A stretch of 64,000 nt of DNA from contig JAQGDQ010000982.1 of the NCBI GenBank assembly GCA_030141605.1, positions 9,316 to 73,315 on the forward strand, read 5' to 3'. The position numbers were made by a program, and so were the translations under genes. Within the stretch, counting starts at the first letter, position 1. Every line of letters begins with the position of its first letter. This document shows, piece after piece, positions 53,463 through 64,000 of the stretch. This DNA is from Tubiluchus corallicola (lineage: Eukaryota; Animalia; Priapulida). The notes under the pieces are model-generated. The model had not been told where the DNA came from. It made no database searches and was given only the letters and a program-made list of their open reading frames with translations.

Positions 53463-56400
53463 TTGGCCCCTCTGCAAGTTAGACGTGGTCCTGTAAACGC
53501 TCCTTATGCTGTTAAGACGAAGCCTGGATGGACGTTGAATGGGCCTATAGCGGACGGCAAAGTACACAACGTGTCAGTAAATAATTATGTTCTGGTCAAG
53601 GAGTCTTCTGAAGCCAAAACAGATGTCCTGCAGCAGCAAGTCGAGAGATTTTGGAAAATAGATTCTGTTTTGGATGATGAGCAGTATTCTAGAGAAGAGA
53701 TGATGGTCATCGATATTTGGGAAAGCTCAATAACCAAAAGAGACGGCCACTATGAGTTAGAAATACCATTTAAAGGCAAACATAATGTTATTCCTGATAG
53801 CTTTCAGGTGGCAGCAAAACGGCTCAATGGACTCAGAAGAAAATTCACCAAGAATCCCATTCTTCATCAAAAGTACACTGACGGAATCAACGATTTGCTA
53901 AATAAGGGTCATGCAGAGCTAGTGGAAGAACAATCAGCAAGTACTCCTACACATCTGACTTGGTATCTTCCTCACTTCCCAGTCTTTAACGAAAATAAAC
54001 CAGATAAAACCCGTATTGTTTTTGATTGCGGTGCAGAGTGCGAAGGTATCTCACTGAACAAATTGGCTTTGCAAGGTCCTGACCTTACGAATAATTTGGT
54101 TGGTGTCCTCTTGCGATTTAGGCAGTATCCAGTTGCCGTGCTAGCAGATATACGTGAGATGTATCACCAAGTGTTTGTTTCGCCCAAGCATAGAGATATG
54201 CTGAGGTTCATTTGGTGGCCTGAGGGACGAATTGACCAGCCTCTTCAGATACTTAGAATGACCGTGCATCTTTTTGGAGGGGTTTGGTCCCCCAGTGCGG
54301 CGTCATTTGCCTTGAAACGCACTGCATTGGACTACCAATACAGCTTTGATAAAGAAACGGTAGCAACTGTGCTTTACAATTTTTATGTGGATGACAGCCT
54401 AAAGTCAGTCGAAAATGTAGAGCAAGCATTGAAGCTAATTACTCAGCTAAAGCTGCTTTTGCAGAAGGGTGGATTTTGTTTGACGAAATGGATGTCAAAC
54501 GATAAACGTGTTCTCGACACTATCCCAATTGAAGATAGGGGAAAAGGTGTTAAAGATCTAAACTTGTCACATGACACACTGCCAAATGAGCATGCATTGG
54601 GAATAAGTTGGCAGATGGAGGCTGATACGCTAGGCGTCCATGTAAAACAAAAGGAGCATCCCAATACAAAGCGTGGATTGCTTAGTTCTCTTTCCAGTAT
54701 CTATGATCCCCTTGGAATGTGTGGCCCATTTGTTCTACAAGGAAAGAAACTGTTTCAAGAAGAATGTCATTTACCAGACAAAACGTGGGATAGCAAGTTG
54801 GACGGCGCCATTGAGAAGAAATGGAAACAATGGAAAGACGAAAGCACACTGTTAACAGATTTCAAGATTGAGAGATCATTCATGCCTCGTGAGTTTGGTA
54901 AGGTGATATCCACAGAGCTTCATTATTTTTGTGACGCTTCTGAATGTGCTTATGGTGTGGTAGTGTTCATTCGTCAGCAGAATGAGCTCAACGTTATCCA
55001 CACCGCCTTTGTCATTGCGAAATCAAGGCTAACTCCGATGAAAGGACTGACTATTCCTCGCCTGGAGTTATGTGCAGCAGCTCTTGCAGCTAAACTTGAA
55101 AAGGTGCTACGGAAAGAGCTTACCATCCACATTGACAGGTCAATATTTTGGACGGATAGTCTTATTATCCTGCACTACATACGAAATACTGTCAAGCACT
55201 TTCATACCTTCGTGCAGAACAGGGTCACAAGCATTCTAGAGGTCTCATCACCAGAGCAATGGAGATATGTCCCTTCTGAGGAAAATGCAGCTGACGACCT
55301 ATCTCGAGGACTAAATGCTTATGCACTGTTAGAGTCGACACGCTGGAAATTCGGACCTAGATTCCTGATGCTTCCAGAAGATGATTGGCCTCGAATTGAT
55401 ATGACTACACAGAAGGATTTATTACAAGGTGACAAAGAAGTGAAGCACTCTCCAGTTGTTAATACAATAACAGCGACGACAATGGATGACACACAGCGAC
55501 AGCATATTATCATAAATGATTTGATGGATCGTTATTCTTCATTCTACAAGTTGAAGAAAAGTGTTGCATGGTTTCTTCGGTTCAAAACAGTGCTAAAGAA
55601 CAAAGTTGCCAAAAAGACTTCGAGTTTTCCAAATAAACTGACTGTTGCAGAACTCGACTATGCCGAAGAAGAAATAATCAAGTATGTGCAGAAAGAGAGT
55701 TTGCCGAAAGAATATAAAGACTTAAGCACTAGTCAGAACGTTATTAAGTCTAGTTGTCTGGTGAAACTTGATCCATTCCTATGTGAAAAGCAACTTATTC
55801 GTGTAGGTGGCCGAATAAGGCGTGCTGATGTCAACTATAATGTGAGGCATCCAATTGTTTTACCAAAAGGACATAAATTATCACGTTTAGTCATCCAAGA
55901 TTTCCACACCACGCATGGACATGTCGGCAAACAGCATGTAATGTCTTTGATCCGCCAGAAGTTTTGGATTATTGGAATGCGTGGCATGGTACGCAAGCTT
56001 TTAGCTGAGTGCAGACAATGTAGACTGAATAGGGCAATTCCACTACACCAGAAGATGGCTGACTTGCCTGTAGACAGATTGCAAAGCTCTGGAGTGTTTG
56101 CTACTGTGGGTACTGATTGCTTTGGTCCAATTATGGTAAAACGTGGTCGCTCAGAAGTAAAACGTTACGGCATCCTTTTCACATGTATGGCTAGCAGACG
56201 CATCCATCTTGAAGTTTTGTTCACGATGACAACTGATTCGTTCATAAAAGCACTAGATAGGTTTTGCTCCAGAAGAGGTAAACCTGACAAACTAATGTCT
56301 GATTGTGGAAGTAATTTTTTGGGAGCAGACAAAGAGCTCCAAAAGTCTGTAGAATCTTGGAACACCAACGTTGTCACGGAAAACTTACTTCAGAAACATA

Positions 56401-56999
56401 TTGATTGGGACTTTTGTCTTCCTCGGGCATCTCATATGGGAGGAGCTTGGGAAGCACTAATTAAAAGTGTTAAAAAAGTTCTGCACTCAGTGGCTCAAGA
56501 GCAGGTACTTGATGATGAGGGTTTGAGCACCTTATTCTGTATTGTCGAGAACATAGTCAATACAAGACCTCTGACCACAGCGTCTGATGATCCGAATGAT
56601 TATGATTCTTTAACACCTAACCACTTCCTTCTGATGGGCGGAAGTGCTCCTCCAATACTTCCACTGGGTCAGTTTTCTGCAGGAGGTGTTTATATGAAAA
56701 AGTGGCGACAGATACAATATCTTTCTAATGTATTTTGGAATCGCTGGAAATTAGAGTATTTGCCGATGCTCCAACAACGTTCAAAATGGCACAAAGAAAA
56801 ACAGAATCTCAAGGAGGATGACGTTGTTCTAATTATGGATACAACTCCAAGAAATTGTTGGCTGCTTGGACGTGTTGTAAAAACCCACGTCAGTAAGGAT
56901 GGTCTGGTGAGGAGTGTCACCTTGAAAACCAAAGAGGGGTTTCTTAAACGTCCTATACACAAGTTGTGTTTCATTGAAGGTCAGATGATGAACGTGTGA
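53463..56999 (+). CDS. pol: Pol segment: reverse transcriptase, Pao-type RNase H, integrase
   Basis: RT: YLPHFPV, RIVFD, GPDL, ADIREMYHQV, NFYVDD (YVDD at 54384). RNase H: FCDASECAYG, TIPRLEL, WTDS, NAADDLSRG. Integrase: H..HGH..CRQC, TDCFGP, SDCGSNF, GAWE, C-terminal W..EYL...RPIHKL. Confidence 0.97.
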   Translation: MAPLQVRRGPVNAPYAVKTKPGWTLNGPIADGKVHNVSVNNYVLVKESSEAKTDVLQQQVERFWKIDSVLDDEQYSREEMMVIDIWESSITKRDGHYELEIPFKGKHNVIPDSFQVAAKRLNGLRRKFTKNPILHQKYTDGINDLLNKGHAELVEEQSASTPTHLTWYLPHFPVFNENKPDKTRIVFDCGAECEGISLNKLALQGPDLTNNLVGVLLRFRQYPVAVLADIREMYHQVFVSPKHRDMLRFIWWPEGRIDQPLQILRMTVHLFGGVWSPSAASFALKRTALDYQYSFDKETVATVLYNFYVDDSLKSVENVEQALKLITQLKLLLQKGGFCLTKWMSNDKRVLDTIPIEDRGKGVKDLNLSHDTLPNEHALGISWQMEADTLGVHVKQKEHPNTKRGLLSSLSSIYDPLGMCGPFVLQGKKLFQEECHLPDKTWDSKLDGAIEKKWKQWKDESTLLTDFKIERSFMPREFGKVISTELHYFCDASECAYGVVVFIRQQNELNVIHTAFVIAKSRLTPMKGLTIPRLELCAAALAAKLEKVLRKELTIHIDRSIFWTDSLIILHYIRNTVKHFHTFVQNRVTSILEVSSPEQWRYVPSEENAADDLSRGLNAYALLESTRWKFGPRFLMLPEDDWPRIDMTTQKDLLQGDKEVKHSPVVNTITATTMDDTQRQHIIINDLMDRYSSFYKLKKSVAWFLRFKTVLKNKVAKKTSSFPNKLTVAELDYAEEEIIKYVQKESLPKEYKDLSTSQNVIKSSCLVKLDPFLCEKQLIRVGGRIRRADVNYNVRHPIVLPKGHKLSRLVIQDFHTTHGHVGKQHVMSLIRQKFWIIGMRGMVRKLLAECRQCRLNRAIPLHQKMADLPVDRLQSSGVFATVGTDCFGPIMVKRGRSEVKRYGILFTCMASRRIHLEVLFTMTTDSFIKALDRFCSRRGKPDKLMSDCGSNFLGADKELQKSVESWNTNVVTENLLQKHIDWDFCLPRASHMGGAWEALIKSVKKVLHSVAQEQVLDDEGLSTLFCIVENIVNTRPLTTASDDPNDYDSLTPNHFLLMGGSAPPILPLGQFSAGGVYMKKWRQIQYLSNVFWNRWKLEYLPMLQQRSKWHKEKQNLKEDDVVLIMDTTPRNCWLLGRVVKTHVSKDGLVRSVTLKTKEGFLKRPIHKLCFIEGQMMNV

Positions 57000-57041
57000 T
57001 TGCTTTTTTGTTAGGTGATAAATGCTCGTGGAGACATTTAT

Positions 57042-57049
57042 GGGGGCGG
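57042..57049 (+). promoter_or_regulatory. Polypurine tract (plus-strand primer)
   Basis: GGGGGCGG immediately before the TG of the 3' LTR. Confidence 0.8.
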
Positions 57050-57471
57050 TGTTAAGCACATACACGTTTCCCTACCTATTAAATGTGGTCTTGCCCTTTT
57101 AACTGTCATCAGTCATGTGACCAGGTAGTTGGCCAGGTAGACATTACCTGACATGCAATTCAATTGATATGATGTGAATGTTGTTGTTGATTTCTTATTG
57201 TTTTTTCTTGCAAGTTATAAGTGCCAAAACTCAGGGAGACCACATGTAAGTGTCTAATTATGTTTATTGAACTACTTTATGCTATTAGAACAATTTAGCT
57301 GTCATTTTTTTGTACAATTATAGACGATAATCACGTTAGCTAATTTCGTAATGTACCTTTATCAAACTTATCTTTTTCATTGAAAACTTATTGCTGTAAT
57401 TTATTATTACAGATAAAACGACAATTGCTGCATGTTAAACATTTGATGTTCTGGAGTTTAAATGTAGTACA
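57050..57471 (+). mobile_element. 3' LTR (422 bp, TG...CA)
   Basis: TGTTAAGCAC...GTAGTACA, followed by GTTAC and satellite sequence. Confidence 0.97.
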
Positions 57472-58764
57472 GTTACTACATTTATCTACAAATGATATAG
57501 ACAGTAAGTCCATACTTTTGTAGAGAATGAGCACAGAATACGTACAGAATGAGTTATTACATGTAATGAACTGTTATACATGTTTTTATGAGTTGTTGTT
57601 AATTTTGCCAAACAATTGTTAAGTTAATTTTTAATAAAATATTTTGCACTTCACTTACAACTTAATATGAATCAGTCATTTCAAACTAAATTAAAATATA
57701 GTAGTAGTTGTTTGTCCCAATATTTTATTGTTAAGATGTTTGAGTTGCCGTTTTTCTGTTTCAGATTATAGAAGTTGCTGATGAGGGAAGAAACTTGCTG
57801 TTTTCTAGTGTCAAGTCAGTTGCCTATTTCTTCTGTTTTGTCAATGGCAGTTGTTAGCAGGTGCTACATGCAAAAAACCTCACATAGGCTTACTATTACT
57901 TGAGAAGAACAGTATTTGTTCCGAACATTTAAGTAGAAATCACAACTTGTTTCCTAGTCTAAAATGAAGTACAGTGCAATGTTAATAATAATGTTTCCTG
58001 TATGTCAAATCACAGAGGCAGCGCAAACGTCTTTTTCTTTACTTATCACCTCTTTGAGTGAATGTGTTCTGCCCTGTGCCTCACCTCTTTCTTTACCAAA
58101 GGAAGTATTCAAAAATTAGCTAAATGACTTCTCTAGTTATGGTGCTTCGTGGTTCAAAATTTAGAAAGCATAAGCTAATATTCTTTGTCACGTTCGCACA
58201 ACATGTGCTTCAGTAAAGGTAGAGCGAAGGCAAAGAAAAAAATGTTGCGTGTTAAAAATGCTTGCAACGAAGAAACACAAAAGGAAGCTATTACCAAATA
58301 TTTCAAGAATTAAGAGCAGACACGACCAAATGATTTTTTTAAATTACAAGCAAATGACACCAACAATGTTTAGCGACCTGCTAGATAAAATGAAAATTTC
58401 ACCTGTCATACAAAAGAGTAATACCAACGTCAGCGCTTGAGGGTAAATTTCGTGCATATATTATAATAATTTTTGATATCCCACTTCTTTGGTTTGTCAA
58501 TTATTATAAGGACCAGAAGAAACTCTCTATAAGCTTTCTATGAATTTCTACCTTCTGGTACCTGTGTATCTATAAATCTTATTATGAATTCCCTATTCTT
58601 TCTAGGCACTTCGTCTTCATTTCACCATGCAGAAACAAACATCAATTTCCACACCAATGTTAATTAGTTGTTATTAGATGTTGTAAACATGGTGTCTTTT
58701 TTAATTGTGTCATTGCATAGGTACCACCTTTGTCATTTTAAAGCAAATATAGAAAAGCTGTTAC

Positions 58765-59186
58765 TGTTAAGCACATACACGTTTCCCTACCTATTAAATG
58801 TGGTCTTGCCCTTTTAACTGTCATCAGTCATGTGACCAGGTAGTTGGCCAGGTAGACATTACCTGACATGCAATTCAATTGATATGATGTGAATGTTGTT
58901 GTTGATTTCTTATTGTTTTTTCTTGCAAGTTATAAGTGCCAAAACTCAGGGAGACCACATGTAAGTGTCTAATTATGTTTATTGAACTACTTTATGCTAT
59001 TAGAACAATTTAGCTGTCATTTTTTTGTACAATTATAGACGATAATCACGTTAGCTAATTTCGTAATGTACCTTTATCAAACTTATCTTTTTCATTGAAA
59101 ACTTATTGCTGTAATTTATTATTACAGATAAAACGACAATTGCTGCATGTTAAACATTTGATGTTCTGGAGTTTAAATGTAGTACA
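58765..59186 (+). mobile_element. Solo LTR of the same element with 5-bp target-site duplication GTTAC
   Basis: GTTAC at 58760-58764 and 59187-59191; uninterrupted units read AAAAGCTGTTACTACA. Matches the 3' LTR at all three diagnostic sites. Confidence 0.97.
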
Positions 59187-62100
59187 GTTACTACATTTAT
59201 CTACAAATGAAATAGACAGTAAGTCCATACTTTTGTAGAGAATGAGCACAAAATACATACCGAATGAGTTATTATATGTAATGAACTGTTATACATGTTT
59301 TTATGAGTTGTTGTTAATTTTGCTAAACAATTGTTAAGTTAATTTTTAATAAAATATTTTGCACTTCACTTACAACTTAATATGAATCAGTCATTTCAAA
59401 CTAAATTAAAATATAGTAGTAGTTGTTTGTCCCAATATTTTATTGTTAAGATGTTTGAGTTGCCGTTTTTCTGTTTCAGATTATAGAAGTTGCTGATGAG
59501 GGAAAAAAACTTGCTGTTTTCTAGTGTCAAGTCAGTTGCCTATTTCTTCTGTTTCGTCAATGGCAGTTGATAGCAGGTGCTACATGCAAAAAACCTCACA
59601 TAGGCTTACTATTACTTGAGAAGAACAGTATTTGTTCCAAACATTTAAGTAGAAATCACAACTTGTTTCCTTGTCTTAAATTGAGTACAGTACAATGTTA
59701 ATAATAATGTTTCCTGTGTGTCAAATCACAGAGGCAGCGCAAACGTCTTTTTCTTTACTTGTCACTTCTTTGAGTGAATGTGTTCTGCCCTGTGCCTCAC
59801 CTCTTTCTTTACCAAAGGAAGTATTCAAAAATTAGGTAAATGATTTCTCTAGTTATGGCACTTCGTGATTCAAAATTTAGAAAGCATAAGCTAATATGCT
59901 TTGCCAAGTTCACACAACATGTGCTTCTGTAAAGGTAGAGAGAAGGCATAGAAAAAAAATTTTGCGTGTTAAAAATTGTTGCAACGAAGAAACACAAAAG
60001 GAAGGTATTACCAAATATTTCAAGAATTGAGAGCAGACACGACCAAATGAATTTTTTAAATTACAAGCAAATGACACCAACAATGTTTAGCGACCTGCTA
60101 GATAAAATGAAAATTTCACCTGTCATACAAAAGAGTAATACCTACGTCAGCACTTGAGGGTAAATTTAGTGCATATAATATAATAATTTTTGATATCTCA
60201 CCTCTTTGGTTTGTCAATTATTATAAGGACCAGAAGAAACATTCGATCAGATTTCCTTGAATTTCTACCTTCTGGTACCTGTGTATCTATAAATCTTATT
60301 ATGAATTCCCTATTCCTTTCTAGGCGCTCCGTCTTAATTTCACCATGCAGCCACAAACATCAGTTTCCGCACCAAAGTTAATTAGATGTTATTAGATGTT
60401 GTAAACATGGTGTCTTTCTAAATTGTGTCATTGCATTGGTACCACCTTTGTCATTTTAAAGCAAATATAGAAAAGCTGTTACTACATGTATCTACAAATG
60501 AAATAGACATTAAGTCCATACTTTTGTAGAGAATGAGCACAGAATACGTACAGAATGAGTTATTACATGTAATTAACTGTTATACATGTTTTTATGAGTT
60601 TTTGTTAATTTTGCTAAACAATAGTTAAGTTAATTTTTAATAAAATATTTTGCACTTCACTTACAACTTAATATGAATCAGTCATATCAAACTAAATTAA
60701 AATATAGTAGTAGTTGTTTGTCCCAATATTTTATTGTTAAGTTGTTTGAGTTGCCGTTTTTCTGTTTCAGATTATAGAAGTTGCTGATGAGGGAAGAAAC
60801 TTGCTGTTTTCTAGCATCAAGTCAGTTGCCTATTTCTTCTGTTTTGTCAATGGCAGTTGTTAGCAGGTGCTACATGCATAAACCTCACATAGGCTTACTA
60901 TTACTTGAGAAAAACAGTATTTGTTCCAAACATTTAAGTAGAAATCACAACTTGTTTCCTAGTCTAAAATGAAGTACAGTGCAATGTTAATAATAATGTT
61001 TCCTGTATGTCAAATCACAGAGGCAGCGCAAACGTCTTTTTCTTTACTTATCACCTCTTTGAGTGAATGTGTTCTGCCCTGTGCCTCACCTCTTTCTTTA
61101 CCAAAGGAAGTATTCAAAAATTAGCTAAATGACTTCTCTAGTTATGGTGCTTCGTGGTTCAAAATTTAGAAAGCATAAGCTAATATGCTTTGTCACGTTT
61201 GCACAACGTGTGCTTCTGTAAAGGTAGAGCGAAGGCATAGAAAAAATGTTGCGTGTTAAAAATGGTTGCAACAAAGAAACACAAAAGGAAGCTATTACCA
61301 AATATTTCAAGAATTAAGAGCAGACACGACCAAATGATTTTTTAAATTACAAGCAAATGACACCAACAATGTTTAGTGACCTGCTAGATAAAATGAAAAT
61401 TTCACCTGTCATACAAAAGAGTAAAACCTACGTCAGAGCTTGAGGGTAAATTTCGTGCATATAATATAATAATTTTTGATATCCCACCTCTTTGGTTTCT
61501 CAATTATTATAAGAACCAGAAGAAACTCTCTATAATCTTTCTATGAATTTCTACCTTCTGGTACTTGTGTATCTATAAATCTTATTATGAAGTCCCTATT
61601 CCTTTCTAGGCGCTCTGTCTTCATTTCACCATGCAGCCACAAACATCAGTTTCTGCACCAATGTTAATTAGTTGTTATTAGATGTTGTAAACATGGTGTC
61701 TTTCTTAATTGTGTCATTGCATAGGTACCACCTTTGTCATTTTAAAGCAAATATAGAAAAGCTGTTACTACATGTATCTACAAATGAAATAGACATTAAG
61801 TCCATACTTTTGTAGAGAATGAGCACAGAATACGTACAGAATGAGTTATTACATTTAATTAACTGTTATACATGTTTTTATGAGTTTTTGTTAATTTTGC
61901 TAAACAATAGTTAAGCTAATTTTTAATAAAATATTTTGCACTTCACTTACAACTTAATATGAATCAGTCATATCAAACTAAATTAAAATATAGTAGTAGT
62001 TGTTTGTCCCAATATTTTATTGTTAAGTTGTTTGAGTTGCCGTTTTTCTGTTTCAGATTATAGAAGTTGCTGATGAGGGACGAAACTTGCTGTTTTCTAG

Positions 62101-64000
62101 CGTCAAGTCAGTTGCCTATTTCTTCTGTTTCGTCAATGGCAGTTGTTAGCAGGTGCTACATGCAAAAAGCTCACATAGGCTTACTATTACTTGAGAAGAA
62201 CAGTATTTGTTCCAAACATTTAGGTAAAGATCACAACTTGTTTCCTAGTCTAAAATGAAGTACAGTACAATGTTAATAATAATGTTTCCTGTATGTCAAA
62301 TCACAGAGGCAGCGCAAACGTCTTTTCCTTTACTTATCACCTCTTTGAGTGAATGTGCTCTGCCCTGTGCCTCACCTCTTTCTTTACCAAAGGAAGTATT
62401 CAAAAATTATGTAAATGATTTCTCTAGTTATGGCGCTTCGTGGTTCAAATTTAGAAAGCATAAGCTAATATGCTTTGTCACGTTCGCACAACATGTGCTT
62501 CTGTAAAGGTAGAGCAAAGGCATATAAAAAAATGTTGCGTGTTAAAAATGGTTGCAACGAAGAAACACAAAGGAAGCTATTAGCAAATGACACCAACAAT
62601 GTTTAGTGACCTGCTAGATAAAATAAAATTTCACCTGTCATACAAAAGAGTAATACCTACGTCAGAGCTTGAGGGTAAATTTCGTGCATATAATATAATA
62701 ATTTTTGATATCTCACCTCTTTGGTTTGTCAATTATTATAAGGACCAGAAGAAACTTTCGATAAGCTTTCCTTGAATTTCTACCTTCTGGTACCTCTGTA
62801 TCTATAAATCTTATTATGAATTTCCTGTTCCTTTCTAGGTGCTCTGTCTTCATTTCACCATGCAGCCACAAACATCAGTTTCCACACCAATGTTAATTAG
62901 TTGTTACTAGATGTTGTAAAAATGGTGTCTTTTTTAATTGTGTCATTGCATAGGTACCACCTTTGTCATTTTAAAGCAAATATAGAAAAGCTGTTACTAC
63001 ATGTATCTACAAATGAAATAGACATTAAGTCCATACTTTTGTAGAGAATGAGCACAGAATACGTACAGAATGAGTTATTACATTTAATTAACTGTTATAC
63101 ATGTTTTTATGAGTTTTTGTTAATTTTGCTAAACAATTGTTAAGTTAATTTTTAATAAAATATTTTGCACTTCACTTACAACTTAATATGAATCAGTCAT
63201 ATCAAACTAAATTAAAATATAGTAGTAGTTGTTTGTCCCAATATTTTATTGTTAAAATGTTTGAGTTGCCGTTTTTCTGTTTCAGATTATAGAAGTTGCT
63301 GATGAGGGAAGAAACTTGCTGTTTTCTAGTGTCAAGTCAGTTGCCTATTTCTTCTGTTTGGTCAATGGCAGTTGTTACCAGGTGCTACATGCATAAAGCT
63401 TACATAGGCTTACTATTACTTGAGAAGAACAGTATTTGTTCCAAACATTTAGGTAAAGATCACAACTTGTTTCCTAGTCTAAAATGAAGTACAGTGCAAT
63501 GTTAATAATAATGTTTCCTGTATGTCAAATCACAGAGGCAGCGCAAACGTCTTTTCCTTTGCTTATCACCTCTTTGAGTGAATGTGCTCTGCCCTGTGCC
63601 TCACCTCTTTCTTTACCAAAGGAAGTATTCAAAAATTATGTAAATGATTTCTCTACTTATGGCGCTTCGTGGTTCAAATTTAGAAAGCATAAGCTAATAT
63701 GCTTTGTCACGTTCGCACAACATGTGCTTCTGTAAAGGTAGAGCAAAGGCATATAAAAAAATGTTGCGTGTTAAAAATGGTTGCAACGAAGAAACACAAA
63801 GGAAGCTATTACCAAATATTTCAAGAATTAAGAGCAGACACGACCAAATGATTTTTTAAATTGCAAGCAAATGACACCAACAATGTTTAGTGACCTGCTA
63901 GATAAAATAAAATTTCACCTGTCATACAAAAGAGTAATACCTACGTCAGAGCTTGAGGGTAAATTTCGTGCATATAATATAATAATTTTTGATATCTCAC

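Larger units (their letters stand above)
50400..56999 (+). pseudogene. SAP-glycogenin-Gag-PR-RT-RH-IN polyprotein (~2200 codons) interrupted by 3 in-frame stops
   Basis: ORFs at 50400, 51687, 52266 and 53463 are all in the same frame. Stops are TAA 51672-4, TGA 52263-5 and TGA 53412-4. Homology runs across each stop (KKG*EFDILNKW; VTQA*MSKI; EYH*HDEDLSLLIGLDVPDALAP). Confidence 0.9.
49725..57471 (+). mobile_element. BEL/Pao LTR retrotransposon carrying a captured glycogenin domain
   Basis: Two direct ~422-bp LTRs and a PPT. One reading frame with Gag (three Cys/His knuckle-like clusters), protease, RT, RNase H and integrase in BEL/Pao order. Confidence 0.97.
24469..64000 (+). repeat. ~1285-bp macrosatellite tandem array (~25 units in window, continues past the end), interrupted by LTR insertions
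   Basis: Marker TTGCTGATGAGGGA recurs at 25251, 26536, 27819, 29103, 30390 ... 48380, ~49668, ~57776, ~59490, 60781, 62067 and 63296. The same short ORFs recur at this period. Confidence 0.98.

Noticed and set aside
56999-57049. Possible env-like ORF after integrase
   Set aside because: Only ~50 bp separate the pol stop from the 3' LTR.
50396-57065. Antisense and alternate-frame ORFs overlapping the polyprotein (e.g. 50396..50944, 52670..53068)
   Set aside because: Shadow ORFs of the long coding frame with no motifs.
24469-64000. Array as a 5S rDNA, snRNA, tRNA or histone cluster
   Set aside because: I recognise no such RNA or histone sequence in the unit. A Rfam search would be needed to exclude this formally.

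Overview
AT-rich eukaryotic (probably invertebrate) repeat DNA with no recognisable intact host gene. (1) 1-24 kb: microsatellite-rich region dominated by a ~16 kb inverted repeat (arms ~1-6360 and ~9775-16140), plus a second inverted 1.6 kb duplication, older diverged copies of the same modules and several minisatellites. (2) ~24469 to the window end: tandem array of a ~1285-bp unit (~25 copies) that contains the decayed 5' end of a PIF/Harbinger transposase gene and shows local higher-order structure. (3) Inserted in the array is a BEL/Pao LTR retrotransposon (49725-57471, 422-bp LTRs) and a solo LTR (58765-59186, 5-bp TSD GTTAC). The main result is that the element's single Gag-Pol reading frame (50400-56999, broken by three in-frame stops) carries an intronless glycogenin (GT8) catalytic domain. 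It sits in frame inside Gag, between an N-terminal SAP domain and the Gag core, and retains the DxD, catalytic and autoglucosylation-Tyr motifs. All family assignments were made by eye from remembered motifs; no database search was run.
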